Below, piece by piece: positions 40,641 through 55,108 of a DNA stretch of 64,000 bases (position 1 is the stretch's first letter; the number at the start of each line of letters is the position of its first letter). Made by a program: the position numbers and the translations under genes. The notes below the pieces were generated by a model. It ran no database searches and was not told where the DNA came from. It saw only the letters and a program-made list of their open reading frames with translations. Origin of the DNA: Octopus sinensis (taxonomy: Eukaryota); contig NC_042998.1 of NCBI RefSeq assembly GCF_006345805.1, positions 129,394,001 to 129,458,000 on the forward strand. Reading direction: 5' to 3'.

Positions 40641-42302
40641 TGATGATAAAGTGAGAGAAAGAGTGAGAGCGAGAGAAAGAAGAAGAGAAAGAGGGGGAGA
40701 AAGAGAGAAAGAGAGAATGATTTAGTCACTCGCACAATTTCTCTTTTAAATAAAAAAAAGTTATTCCATTTTACCTAACAATATTCAATACTTTGTATAT
40801 GTGTAATATTTGGATTTCACCTCAGTACAAATCTATCAACGGAGTAAGTGAAATTTTTAACAGAAACTTCTTTTACTCTTGTCTAACATCCAAATGACTT
40901 CTGTCGCATTAATAATGCGCACAACTTTATGATTCAAATAACTTGAAGCGATGCTATTGGAAAATAAGTGAAATAATCACAATAAATTACTATATATCAT
41001 TTTTGTTAACTCATCACCTCGAGTATATAACTATTCTTGTGAGGTACACAATAATGCAAAGTTGGAATTTTCTACTTAGAGAGATTTGTAGGTACATAGT
41101 GTGTTTCGCACTGGGAAATATAACAGTTTTAAATCTGACATTAAAATACAAGTACGCTTTACATATATATGTTCCTATTTCAACATGTTTATTAACTAAT
41201 TTCTATGTGGTAGAAAAATAGCGTTTAAATGTATAGTCATTGATTTTTACATTTGATCCCAATATACAAGGCTTTGAATCAGCAGAAACTAAATTAACAT
41301 ATGCATTGTATTCTGAGGAAATTGAAATAGATATTTCGGCGAATTGCTTTTCCATTCAGTTAGGTCTTGTTAACTTGATAGCTGATTATGTGAGAGGAGT
41401 AACCACCGAATCTACTCTGCACTCTTTCAACAACATTCTGCTCGAGAGATTAACGGCACCCACTCAAAACGAAATCTAAAAGTTAATAAAACCATTCATT
41501 CATTTGTATTTTACATTACAATAACCCATACGACTGGCTCTAATTTCTCTCAGTAGACGCGAAACTAAAAAAATGAAGTCTTTTGTTAGATATCCATTAC
41601 ACATTTTAAGTGAGACCTTCATTTTTATTAGAAACATAATGTTTTTTTATTACAGACTAGTGCCATCTTTATTACAAATATGTAATATATGTATGAAAAA
41701 CACTATATATGATAATTTATTATTATGCAATTTTCTAATCTACGTATACATCTACATAGTTTCTATGCATAGAATATTCTCAGTAAAAAGTTCACTTCTA
41801 TGATTCTTTGTGATGTACTTCAAGCATGGGAGTACATCAAGAGTACATATATATGCACAAGAGAGGGTGAATATATATATATATATGTATAAATATATAT
41901 ATCATGTAAAATCCGTTCTGTCTATCTGTGTGTGTGTCTTCTAGGATCTCGGGCATCCTCCATTCGATTGCGCTCAAATTTGATATGTAGATACTGACGG
42001 TATCAGGGCGTGTATAAGTCTTGAAAAATTTACAAAAGTCGATTGCAGGTGAGAATGCGATCGATAAAACCGTGGGAACGTGCATTTGTACGCGCAAGTA
42101 CATCAGTTGTTGCGATCGATACTACGCGTTGTGCGAATAAAATCGTTTTCCTTTGGAATAGAAAAAAGTCTATCTTCATTTCTTATTTTGCTGGTGTCTC
42201 AAATTTAGGTTAAATAAGTGTTGGGACAAGTTGTTTTGAGAAAATTTGGTTTAAATGTTTGACAACTCAGCACCGTCCATTGGACGGGGGGCGTTTTCCT
42301 TG

Positions 42303-42334
<32 letters not shown>

Positions 42335-42367
42335 ATATTATATATATATATATACATACATAGTACG

Positions 42368-42407
<40 letters not shown>

Positions 42408-42479
42408 AAGTGTATATATATAAATGCATATTTACATATATATATTACATATATATATATAGCGTATATATATATATAT

Positions 42480-42515
<36 letters not shown>

Positions 42516-43429
42516 GTTTTTCTGTCAACGCACAAAATATATAATGTTTATTTAATTTTCCGAAATACTCGTTGAATATCTTTGCTGTTTCAAAAGAAGA
42601 TCTGATTGAGATTAATGAACCAATAAAATTAAAGAGAAGTTAAAGACAACATGATATCAACTGGAATTTTCACAAAGGAATTACACTTGTTTATGTCAAA
42701 TTAATTAAAATAGATTGCAACTTCCAAATATAAGTAGGGCTTATAACATAACATAGCATTTTAGTATTGAGAAATGTGTTTTGTATCAGTTAGTGATATA
42801 AAAATTCTTAAGTTCATGATTATATATGACTTTCACTGGTCCAATTAGTATTCAATAAGGTGTTACATCTTTTGTTATGGTTATATATATATATGTATGT
42901 ATTTATATGTGTGTGTGAGTGTGTATGTGTGTGTGTATGTATATATATATATATATATGTGTGTGTGTGATATGATATATAAATCAGTGTTTATTATTAA
43001 ATAATTTTTGTTTTAAATTAAGGCTGTCAATATTTCATTGAAGATTTCTCATTTAATGTAGCGATAAATTCTGAAAACTATTTTTTACTGAACACAACGA
43101 AACAAATAGTTCATAAATTATAAGGTACTGGCGTCTACGTTGTATTGAATTTCCCCATTCAATTTTTTTTTTTTTTTACCTGCTTTGGGTTTTATTACTG
43201 AAATAATTGCTGCTGATGCTATTGGCTCTTTCCTTTCCCTATTTAAGCTACATTTTAAGCATTTTATTTACATTATTGCCTTCAATTAAATAATTCATGC
43301 GCAAAAGTTTGAATCAAGATTTAACACGCTGAAGCTCAACAAAACAGAATTTTTCATGTCACTTACAATTCCTTCAAATTACGCCAGTCAAACAGCATTT
43401 TTAAAGATATATATACATTTCATCATTAT

Positions 43430-44030
43430 TATCAACATCATCATCATCATCCTTTAACGTCCGTTGTCCATGCTGGCATGGGTTGGATGGTTTGGCCAGG
43501 CTGGTACGCTGGAAGGCTGCACCAGACTCCAGTCTGATTTGGCATGGTTTTCTACGGCTGGATGCCCTTCCTAACGCCAAGCACTCCAAGAGTGTAATGG
43601 GTGCTTTTACGTGCCCCCGGCACGGGTATCAGTTTGCGTGACACAGGTATCTGCCACGACTGCGATTTTGCTCGGCTTGATTGGTCTTCTCAAGCACGAC
43701 ATGATGCCAAAGATCTTGGTCATTGCCTCTGTGAGGCTCGCCACTCGAAGGGAGCACAGCCATTTTGCCTGTGTGAGGCCCAGCACTCGAAAAGAACTCA
43801 TCCACTTTGCCCCCGTGAGGTCCAACGTTCGAAATGTGTCTTTTTTTTTACATACTACTAACACGAATTCACTTGGTCTGACGGGTCCTCTCAAGCACAG
43901 CACATCGCTAAAGGTCTTAGACTAGTCATTGCCTCTGTGAGGCTCAAAATTCGAAGATCATGCTTCACCACCCCGTTCCATGTCTTCTTGGATCTACCTC
44001 TACCACAGGTTCCCAGCACAACTAGAAATC
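43430..44030 (-). mobile_element. RTE-type LINE 3' end
   Basis: Minus frame RGRSKKTWNGVVKHDLRILSLTEAMTS (RTE C-terminal GRPKKTW-like), followed by a 3' region ending in a (GAT)n tail near 43430. Confidence 0.65.
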
Positions 44031-45002
44031 GGCTATATACATATGTGTGTTTGCGTGCGTGTGTCTTTGTCTGACTGTCTGTCTGTCTTTCCGTATGTAT
44101 GTATGTATGCATATATGTATATATCTATGTAGATGCTATCCCTTTCACAAAACCGTTAAAATTTCACTTCTTTGCGCCAATCGCTTTACACGAATTTATG
44201 TGGTAAGACATATTAGGAACGGAAGACTTTTTAAATAATTGTTGTAATATAATCTTTCGAAATTGTAAATAAATAACGAAATAATGGACTTTTATCTGTT
44301 CTATAATGAAACTGAACAACGGATTGAAAATCGCGAAATTTTAGTAGTTTACCAATACACAGACAGACAGACACACACACACACAGACACACACATACTC
44401 ACGGACGTACATACCCCCCACACATATATACACATACATACAGACAGACACACACACACACACACGCACGCACGCATGCACATACACATACACATACACG
44501 CATGCACAATGCTAAAAGATACATGTCTTTATTGTTAGAATGAAAAATAAGAAAGCTAAATTGTATTAAGTAATGACACCATTCCTCCAGGACAACCTCA
44601 CAATCTCTAAATTTGTAGTGACGTTTTGGCATTGTTTCTCCTTTTCTGTCATCCACTGTCACTTAGTCTTAATGCGATGGAAGAGAAGAAGGGAGGTGAC
44701 AATAACGAAGACTGTTAGAAAAATGTAAGCTTAAAGGAAAGAGCGGATAATTCTTATTACTTCGCATTGACACACTTTTGCAGCAGTATATGTATTTTTA
44801 CGTGTGACACTTCTCTTCAAGCGCACATGTATATGTACGTGTGTATGTGCGTGTAGAAAAATTTTACGAATGTCTACATGAAATACACATTGTCTTTTTC
44901 TCTGACTCTACTTCCTTTCATCTCTGCGGCTGCGCATTATTCGTGTTTTCCACTTGCTTCCGATACAAACTCAAATTTAGCGCAAATTGAAATATATGTA
45001 GA

Positions 45003-45039
<37 letters not shown>

Positions 45040-45176
45040 AAAACTTGGAGAAATAAGAAAGTGACGCGAGGCGTTCAATTATATAATGACAATTTAACAA
45101 ATAAAACAAATAAAACATATGCATACATACATACATATATGTACATACCTACATCTATATGTATATATACATGCAT

Positions 45177-45250
<74 letters not shown>

Positions 45251-45507
45251 GAGTACAGGACACCACAAATAAACGTAGAACACAACGAGAAACGAAAACA
45301 TAAAATCAAACAAGGAAACGGACTTTTTTTAACAACGAAAAAACAGAGTACAAGACAAACAATACAAGGATTATTCTCCTTTATCAGCTGCCCCTGGTTC
45401 GACACAGTGCGTGTTTCGAAGGTAAGGGCAGAACACGATCCGGCCGAAGGAGTCCTTCCTGCAAAATGAATTAAATAAAATTCTTTTGTTGTTTTATTTG
45501 TAAATTG

Positions 45508-45544
<37 letters not shown>

Positions 45545-46155
45545 AAATTTAACAAATAAAACAACAAAAGAATTTATATATATATATATTACGTACCCTT
45601 ACGTACACAATTTTGACGTTATTGTTGATTATCAGCTATACCTTCCAATTGTATTGTTCAGTGAACATAACTAATTCCAACACGGAAAAGAACTTGATGG
45701 ATCTGCGTGACCAACAATAATTGCAAATTAACCATAATCTCATGAATAAAAAATTCTATAAAACCTATTCTGCGCAAACTCATGAACACTAAGAACATTC
45801 TCAGGAAGATCCAACTTTTATATCGCTCTGATATCATCCAAAGGGAGTTGAATGTGCTCCAATAATGTAGCTTAGTTGGTAGAAGTTTGTAAGCGTGACG
45901 CAAAACACCATAACAAGCCTCATACTCGCTCCAAGTTTCACAAAATACTGGATCATCGCTACAAGGTCAAGTGATTGGGAGAGACCCCTAGATATTTAAG
46001 GTATTTAAAATAGTTATTATAGGAGATTAACAAAACGTCGAGACTAGATATTTTACCCATATTTATATACATCTGATATCTATTGTGAAGATTTCAAGTG
46101 AATGAAATAGATATTTCGTAAGTTATGAGGAAATAACAAGCAATCTTCCAAATTG

Positions 46156-46650
46156 CAGTGGCCAAAAGTTAAGCCTCACTTAGAGAAAATGAACTACTAA
46201 TCGAGGCATTTGTTGTTTAGAAGACTGTTAATGGGTTAACAGTTACTTCTTATGATCTTACATTATTGGAACATTCAACAGTCGACATGGCGGCTTGTGA
46301 GAGACGACTGGTGTCCTGTGATGAAAAACAAAGGATTGTATGCCTTCATCAAGAGGGCGAGTCAAATTCTGAGATAGCGACTACTGTAGGAAGGTCTAGA
46401 AGTATTATGCAACAAATTGTAGCTCGTTTTAAGTCATCAGAATCGACAGATGCTAAACCCCAAACTGGTAGACTTCGTAAAACTTCACCAAGACAGGATC
46501 GTATTATGGCTAGAACGTCACTGAAGGATACTTTTAAGAGCGCTGCTGAGATATCCCGCAAGTTTAGCTCCACTTCCGATGTCAGCTTATCGCACAAAAT
46601 AGTTTCTTGGAGGTTACGAGGTTCTGTGTTGCTTGCTTGGGTACCGAAAA
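46156..46650 (+). mobile_element. Tc1-family transposon, 5' part
   Basis: TIR-like CAGTGGCCAAAAGT near 46157; ORF 46266 encodes paired-like HTH (KQRIVCLHQEGESNSEIATTVGRSRS...TGRLRKTSPRQDR); no DDE domain seen. Confidence 0.85.
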
Positions 46651-47852
46651 GAAGTCCAAGATGGCTACCAGTGGATGGGTTGAAATTGGTGAAGGAAGGT
46701 CCCGTAATGTCAGCGTTAGTAGTATTCCTAAATAAGTGACAGCGGTTGCATTGGATGGACAAGAAAAAGTTGGCGACCGTGAGTCTGGGAAGGGATTCAT
46801 TGGGGCTTGTGAGATTATGAGCTTGTGTGCGTATGTGCAAGCGCATATATGTGTGTGTGAGTGTGTGGGTGGGTGTAATTATGTATGTGTGCGTCTGTGC
46901 GTGCACGAGTGTATGCGTATGTGTGTGCATGTATATATATTTGTGTATATAGTTATTGTGTGGATGTGGAGGTGTATATATATATTAGTGTATGTATGTT
47001 TGTGTATGTATGTGTGTGTATGTATGTGTGTGCATATGCATGCGTGTGTGTGTGTACATGTGTATGCGTGTATTGCGCGCGTGTATATATGTACACTCGT
47101 GTAGCTGTGCATATACAAGGAGTGTGGATTTGCGGGTAGGCTGGCATGGCTGGTGTGATGCTTACGTGTACTGTGTATATATGCATGGAAATGTTTGTAT
47201 GAATAAGGTATTGTGCGTGGGAGTGCCTGTGCGTGCGTGCGTGTGCACGTTCGCCTTTATGAGTATGTGCGCATGAGTGTGTGCACAAACACGCGCACGT
47301 GTATACAAACATATGCATAATATATATCTGTATATAACGCAGACACACACGCACACATACACATATGTACGTGTGTATGTGCGCGTGCATGCATGTGCAC
47401 ACGCATATGTGCGCGCGCGAGCTTGCCTGCGAGTTTGTATGCGAGCATATTTTCATCGGTTTTAATTCTGGTCAAATTTACATTGAATTAAAAATCAGGC
47501 CTTATCACCAAAGAAGTCCGTAAAGCTTTTGTCATCAAAATCATTTTTCAATCATGGTACTAATAATATTGTGGAGAGAGTGTCTGAGAAATACGGGTAT
47601 TCAATGTTAAAGTCATTTCTATTTAGAGCCATTGGATTTAACTTCCGAACAACAATATTTTTCAGCTGTACACTTAATATGTAGAATGTATTACCTCTGA
47701 TGTATTTCACAGCTATTCAAAACAAATTTCTAATTTTATAGAATCATTTTATATAATAAAAACGTACATACATACATACATATAAATATATATATATATA
47801 TATGCATGTACATACATACATGCATACATACATACATACATACATACATGCA

Positions 47853-47883
<31 letters not shown>

Positions 47884-47989
47884 CAATTGTATATAAGTAT
47901 ATATACATAACCATTTCTAGATGTTCATATGCACATATGCACATCAATATATGCATATGTATATGTACACACGCGCACACATACAAGCC

Positions 47990-48027
<38 letters not shown>

Positions 48028-48607
48028 CACACACACAGATAATGGGACAAACATTCACAATAATCTCCTTATATCAAAAATACAATACTGCGATACTACA
48101 TTTCCTTTTGTAGTTATTACAATTCGCCAAGTTTTACGGAAATTATAAATGTTTCGTGAATACTACAATTCTATGAAACGTAGTACTTGAGAATTTCTTT
48201 TTACGACAAACGTTATCTTTGATTGGCCTCAAGCAATGCTACATTAACTTTTGTAGAAACACGCTCGCACTCACTACACACTCACACACACAAGCACAAA
48301 GACACATGCTTGAAAATTCATATGTATTGTCATTGTATTCTGTATACTTTCAAATTCCAAACAAATTGTCCCTGCACACTTTCATGCTAAAATTATTATT
48401 CTTATTTATTGTGTGAAATATATAGATTGTTTTCTTTTAATGAAAAAACTCATATGCATTTGCCCAGTGACATCCAACAGACAATATATCACTGTATTGG
48501 TGTTAGTTTGCATGAAGTTTGGAATTTTTTTCCTTCATCCCAATTAATATTCTTTATGAATTGTTAACAATGGAGTATTATAAATCTTATCATATCTTGA
48601 TAATAAA

Positions 48608-48990
48608 GGCGGAGAGGGCAGCAAGCAGGTAGAATCGTTAGCATGCCGAGCAAAATGCTTAACAGCATTTCGTCCGTCTTTTCGTTCTGCGTTCAAATTC
48701 CGCTGAGGTCAACTTTGCCGTTCACCCTTTCAAGATCGATAAGTACTAGTTGACCACTGGGATCGATTTAATCGATTATCTCTTTCCTCAAATGTGGTGG
48801 CCTTGTGGCAAGATTAGAAAACAATATTAGAGACCAAGATTGCAGTGAGCTGATAATCGTTAGTACGCCGGCCAAAATGCTTGAGAGCCTTTCATCTGTC
48901 GTTCATTACATTCTGAGTTCAAAGTCGAAGTCGACTTTGCTTTCATCCAGTCGAAGTCGATAAAATAAGTAGCAGTGGAGTACTGGTCAA
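48608..48990 (+). mobile_element. Two tandem SINE family B copies
   Basis: aggcggagagggcag...gttcaaattccgctgaggtcaactttg... and gtgagctgataatcgttagtacgccgg...gagttcaaagtcg. Confidence 0.75.
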
Positions 48991-49934
48991 TGTAATCCAC
49001 TTAGGCCCTCCTCCATGGTATACAGCGTCGTAACCGATTTTGAAATGCCTATAAAAAGGTATAGAGTAAATTTATCAATGGACAGATAATCCTGTATACT
49101 ACTAGGGAAATGGATTAACATGCCAGATATACCAGCTTAGGCGAGATAAGGGGTATCGAGAAAAGGGGACGGTATTTAAGTCAGGGTGGTATTCAACACA
49201 ATAGTATACACAAAGGGTTATTTTATTAGTTAAATCGGATGTTCATGTCGGGATAAACATCAAAGTGGCTAAGATATGTAAAAGAATGAGATAGAAAAAA
49301 ATTCAAGGCGAGGATTATGAAAGATACAAAAACGGAAAACGAGAAAAAAAAATAGAAAGGAGTAAATATAGACGTGCAGTTAAATGGATTGACTAATTTT
49401 GCATTAAATTGAGTGGAACAGAACGTCCAGTCATAGATTGATATGATATGAAACAATATGAAAAAGAATATATATTAATAATTTAAAATAAATTATTGTA
49501 GCAAACGGAACCAACAGTTATACAGGAAAAAAAAAACTGTAGTGGGAAATGACAAGATGTTTAGGACATAAATAAATAAATATGCTCAAAGAGTAGTAAA
49601 GCGCATTGTATTGAATAAGATGGTTATAGGACAATACATGTAGAAGGAAGCAGCGAAAATGATATTAAGAATGAGGAATGACGTGCAATCGAGACAAAGG
49701 CATATGCAGTTTTATATCATGTAATACAGTATATAAGTTTGGGAATTTTATTCTCAATAAGGTTTTATCAACCTGGCGTGGGCAACATTTTAACGATACA
49801 TTACGTTTTAAATTAGCCCAGATTTATATTTTACTATTTTATGTGTCTTAATGCAACATAAAACACAACTGCCTCACATGATTTATACGGTCTGCATTAC
49901 TGACCTGAAAATAAATTAACCAATACTCCTATCC

Positions 49935-50063
49935 TTGATACAGTATTTACATTTGACAATCTTTGTCCTCATCTTGATTGTTGTTAACACAACGTTTCAG
50001 GTGTCTTGGGGAAATTTCCAACCTGGGTTCTCATTCCCAAGGTATTTCTCGATATTATTATTA

Positions 50064-50157
<94 letters not shown>

Positions 50158-50172
50158 GTTCAGGTCACTGCT
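49935..50172 (-). mobile_element. Inverted 5'-truncated copy of the tRNA-head/(AAT)n/HHR SINE with collapsed ribozyme
   Basis: Minus strand reads gcagtgacctg-(AAT)n-atcgagaaataccttgggaatgagaacccagg...gacacctgaaacgttgtgttaac; core and stem II deleted. Confidence 0.8.
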
Positions 50173-50244
50173 GAATAATATGGCGTAGTGGTTAAGAGTG
50201 CGGGCTACTAACCCAAAGTTTCCGAGTTTGATTCCAGGCAGTGA

Positions 50245-50321
<77 letters not shown>

Positions 50322-50324
<3 letters not shown>

Positions 50325-51262
50325 TCTGATTGATAAATGGCAAGAAAAACCTCTCAATCGCAAATGCCTAAAGAGACCGAATAATGCAGACGTTGACAAA
50401 ACCCTAACCCGTCAATGGCTGATGGCCTCTGGTTTAAAATCTGAAACATAGCTGTTCAAGATCAATGCCTACCTACAAGGAACTACCAGACCAACATACT
50501 AAAGAACGGCAGTATCCCAACATGTCGTGTATACCAACAACAAAATGAAACCATTGATCATGTTGTCTCCAAGTGCAGTCTTCTTGCGCCTACAGCGTAC
50601 CTCAACAGGCATGATAGAGCTGCACAATATATTCACTGTGTAATTTGCAAAAGCCTGGACTTGCCCCATGATAAAAACTGGTGGGAACACAAACCACCTC
50701 CAGTTCTTGAAAATGATCGCATCTCACTCCTCTGGAACTTCACCATTCAAACTGACAGAAAGATAGATGCGAATAGGCCAGACATCATATTGAAAGACTT
50801 CAGACAAAAAACATGCCCCTCATTGATATGACTGACCCAATCGATATAAACGTATCTGTCAAGACCTACCAAAAACTGAGCAAATATAAAGAACTTGAAA
50901 TAGAAATCAGCAAAATGTGGAACCTGAAGACTAAAACAATACCTGTTGTCATAGGTGCCCTGGGAATGATAACAAAAGGGGCTGATTGCTACCTAACTCA
51001 GATACCAGGAAGCCCCAAAATGCCAGAAGTTCAAAACTACTCATATCCTACGCAAAATACTTTCTATGGAATCTCAAGTTTTAAAGCAAACATAATTTTC
51101 GTATGTTTTTTTAGACATTCACTAGTACGACACTAAATACAAAACCAAATATATGGCACCCTAGGCATAACACCAATATGAACCTCCAACTTGTTGTCTC
51201 ATGAGGTCTCTGGGTGAGATTTGGAGCCAACTTGTGCAAATGTAAAGCAAAAATCAAACATA

Positions 51263-51263
<1 letters not shown>
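50322..51263 (+). pseudogene. R4/Dong-like RLE retrotransposon 3' part (zinc knuckle and restriction-like endonuclease)
   Basis: AVQDQCLPTRNY, CRVYQQQNETIDHVVSKC, RHD, ANRPDIILKD, IDMTDP, KLSKYKELEIEI, IPVVIGALG; (TAA)n on both sides. Confidence 0.88.
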
Positions 51264-51298
<35 letters not shown>

Positions 51299-51404
51299 TA
51301 ACAATAATAATAATAGTAATAATACTACTACTAATGATAATAACAACAACAACAACATCGAAAAATACCTTAGGAATGAGAACCCAGGTTCGAAATTTCC
51401 CCAA

Positions 51405-51450
51405 GACACCTGATGAAGGTTGGAGGGTATATCAGCCGAAACGTTGTGTT
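51405..51450 (+). ncRNA. Minimal type I hammerhead ribozyme in the tRNA-head SINE
   Basis: Stem I GACAC/GTGTT; CTGATGA 51410-51416; stem II GGTTG/CAGCC; GAAA; loopless palindrome AACGTT; triplet GTT, predicted cut after 51445. Confidence 0.75.
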
Positions 51451-51612
51451 AAAAACAAACAAGATGAGGACAAATATCCGTCAAATGTAAATAATGTAAA
51501 TTAAATATAGAACTGATGTCTTAAACAGATTTTACGTAATTGATGTCTGGTATTAAGGATATAAAGGTGGTTCATCCATATTAATTTAAACCCAGGTTCA
51601 AATTTTCCCCAA

Positions 51613-51642
51613 GACACCTGATGAAAGCTGAAACGTTGTGTT
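51613..51642 (+). ncRNA. Second HHR copy 208 bp downstream, stem II collapsed
   Basis: GACAC-CTGATGA-aagct-GAAACGTT-GTGTT. Confidence 0.5.
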
Positions 51643-52492
51643 AACAACAAACAAGATGAAGACAAATATCCGTCAAATATCAGACATAGATGCAAACATT
51701 ATCGGTTGTGTGGATACTCTATTCGTTCGGATAGCCTATGCTTCTCGACACATCCTTCTTCTATAGTATGCGGGAGAGTTCACTGTTGTTTATGCATATG
51801 TTGTTTCGGTCCAGTTAATTTGTTTACTACCTCTTTAGGTAGCAATGTCCAGTTTGGATTATTTTCCTTCATATAATTAATTCACAGGTTTAATAGCCGC
51901 AGTTCATGACAATTCGGTCGTTTTTCTAAATGGAGATATGCTATCCTTTAGCTATATCTTTCCGTCATTAACTGTTTTATATGCTTCATGACATATTTAA
52001 CAGATTTATACGTTCAGTAAATTCAGTTTGCTATATTTAGTTTGTTAGATGACTATATTGGTTTATTTTCTCTATTTCTATTATATGTTCAGCACGATAG
52101 TTCAGTGAGTATATGTGCCGCATGTTTTGCATCGATATTTTTGATATTTTGTGCTTTGTGATAATAAGTGTCAGACAAAGCAACATATTCAACTTGTATT
52201 TGTCCCCTGCTTCATGTTTGTTATTATCAAGCCACATTTTTATGTTTGACACTGTTAACACCATTGTACTGAACAGAGCTGTCGAAGTATCAAAAGCATT
52301 GCGGTAACCAATAAGCTGCAGCAGATGGTATATCAGCGCTTATGTTTCCTTCTTTGGATATGCTTTAGTTGAGAGATTCATTATTTTGGATACTAATTTC
52401 AGTGTTGCATTTCTAATATTCTAATGTGTATTGGTAAATTATCTTTATGGTTAGGGCTATCTATATTTGTTTGCAAAGATTTTCTTACACTG

Positions 52493-52564
<72 letters not shown>

Positions 52565-52849
52565 CAATGAAAAAGAAAATAATTAATTGTGGAAACACAT
52601 ATTAGTGCCTGTAGAATCATAAAGTTCCGTACAGTTTCGGCAGGAGTCAAAAGGAATAAACAAAGCTCCGTTAAACATCCATTAATGCTATAGCGCTTAA
52701 AGAAATGAATCCATGAAAATGATCTACCCGATGTCTACAGATATTAAGGACTACACTGCAGTCATCCCAAGAACATGGACTGTGGTGTTAAGAGACATAT
52801 ATGTTCTTTTGTTTTTTGTGAATTCTCTTTATGTGTGTGTGTGTGTGTG

Positions 52850-52903
<54 letters not shown>

Positions 52904-52922
52904 ATATATATTTAGATATATA

Positions 52923-53328
52923 TTCTTTTACTTGTTTCAGTCATTTGACTGCGGCCATGCTGGAGCACCGCTTTCAATCGAGCTAATCGACCCCAGGACT
53001 TATTCTTTGTTAGATTAGCACCTATTCTATCCATCTCTTATGCCGAACCGCTAACTTACAGGGACGTAAACACACCAGCATCGGCTGTTAAGCGATGTTG
53101 GGGGGGGGGACAAACACAGACACATATACATATACACACATATACACACACAAATATATATATACATATATACGACGCGCTTCTTTCCGTTACCGTCTAC
53201 CAAATCAACTCACAAGGCTTTGGTCGGCCCGTGGCTATAGTAGAAGACACTTGCCAAAGGTGCCACGCAATGTGACTGAACCCGGAACCATATGGTTGGT
53301 ACGCAAGCTACTTACCACACAACCACGT
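52923..53328 (-). mobile_element. SINE family A
   Basis: Reverse complement of the family A sequence, near full length. Confidence 0.88.
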
Positions 53329-53763
53329 ATTTAATTATTAGTATCCACAAATTTACAATTGAAATACTACACTGAAGAACGAAATAAGTGAGTAAAAACA
53401 TAAATTTTACATCTCTTTAATCCAGAAACGCGTATGTGGTTGATCAAAGCCGAGTGGATTCGTTATTTCTTTCTCTTTACCTATGTGAATTGGGAGTATT
53501 GCTGTCTGAGAGAGATCTTATGGTAGAGGAATAGTATTTAATTGCTATTTCTAAATTTCGGTATGTGGTGAACCCTAATTATAAGTATGCTTATAATTAT
53601 AAAATTTTTGTATAAGGTTACCGATAAAGGTTATGTTAACATACTGAACTACTTGGTAAAATCATTAATTATTAATTAATTTTACCCTTTATTATTATTG
53701 AAAGTATATATATATATATTTATGTATACATATATATATCCACTTATATCATATATATATGTA

Positions 53764-53794
<31 letters not shown>

Positions 53795-54673
53795 TGTATG
53801 TACACATACACATATATATATGCATACATACACACACACACACATATATATACGGTAGTGAGGTATATATGTGTGCGTGCGTGCATGTGTCTATGTATCA
53901 ATATCTTTTTATATACATGTATACATGTTTGGATATGCAAATGGGCTGCAAGTAGTAGAGCTTAAAAAATATATAAAAGGAGAATGAGTTGTTTCGTCAC
54001 TACTCAGAAACTTAGACTGAATATTTCCTGGAGAAGATTCGCACATGCTCTAGGGCAGGAAGATAGAACCAAGAACCGCGAAAGACTTGCTAAAACAGCC
54101 GTTTTTAGGATCATGTGAGTGTACCGTTCTGATTGTTAAAAAAATATATATGTAGGCATATATTAAGAACAAAACACTCATTCACTATATACACGCACAC
54201 ACACACATACACACACACACACCCGCACACTCCCAGATATGCATAAAGGCATAAAAGGTGAAAGAAGGAAAACGAAAGCACTTATGATAAATTGGTATAA
54301 AATATAAAAGTATCAAAGAATGGCAAAAGGAAATGAAGAAGGAAAGTAATAAAGATTAAGAGCACTAACAGAAAATTCTGCAAAGTAATCGCAATACTGA
54401 GACGTACTTATATTCAAGACAACATATAAGTCACGTTTTTACAGTGGTTCATTTGTTATATATAGAAACTAGAACTGGCAGGTCTGGAAGAAAGTTTGGT
54501 AAAATTTGAAATTAATGAACGAATTAAATTTTATATTTATTACTTTCTTTTCAAAAGCTCATTAGCAGATTTTACCTGATAAATGATATACGTTTACAAT
54601 TGCATGATTATATATATTATAATGTATATTACAATATATATATATATATTATATATATATATATTATATATAT

Positions 54674-54720
<47 letters not shown>

Positions 54721-55072
54721 GCTTGTATGTATATAAGTATGTATGTATGTATGTATGTATGTGTGTATGTATGTATGTATGTATGTATACGTGTGCGTGT
54801 GTAATCGTGTTAACGTCAGTTTGTGTCAGGGTGTATATGTACGGGTATGTATGTATGTATGTATGTATGTACTTATGTGTATTTACAATAACAACCATGT
54901 GTATAAGCATACGAATTGATGCTACGGATACACATAGTGTATATTTATATCTTACGGACACTTTTATTTGTATGGTATTTAAATATTCCGACAATGCTCT
55001 TAAATTCTGAACTGCATTAATGAAAAAGCCATTAGGCATATTTTGACACTATAGACACGCGCTTGATAATAA

Positions 55073-55108
<36 letters not shown>

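Larger units (their letters stand above)
50178..51500 (+). mobile_element. tRNA-head/(AAT)n/HHR SINE, split by an R4/Dong-like insertion
   Basis: A-box TGGCGTAGTGG near 50181, B-box-like GTTTGATTCC near 50226, gcagtgacctg, (AAT)n, then atcgaaaaatacc...HHR at 51405. Confidence 0.75.

Noticed and set aside
45361-45470. Minus-strand CTGATAA and GAAAC motifs in a terminal-repeat-like element
   Set aside because: The motifs are not arranged as a complete hammerhead.
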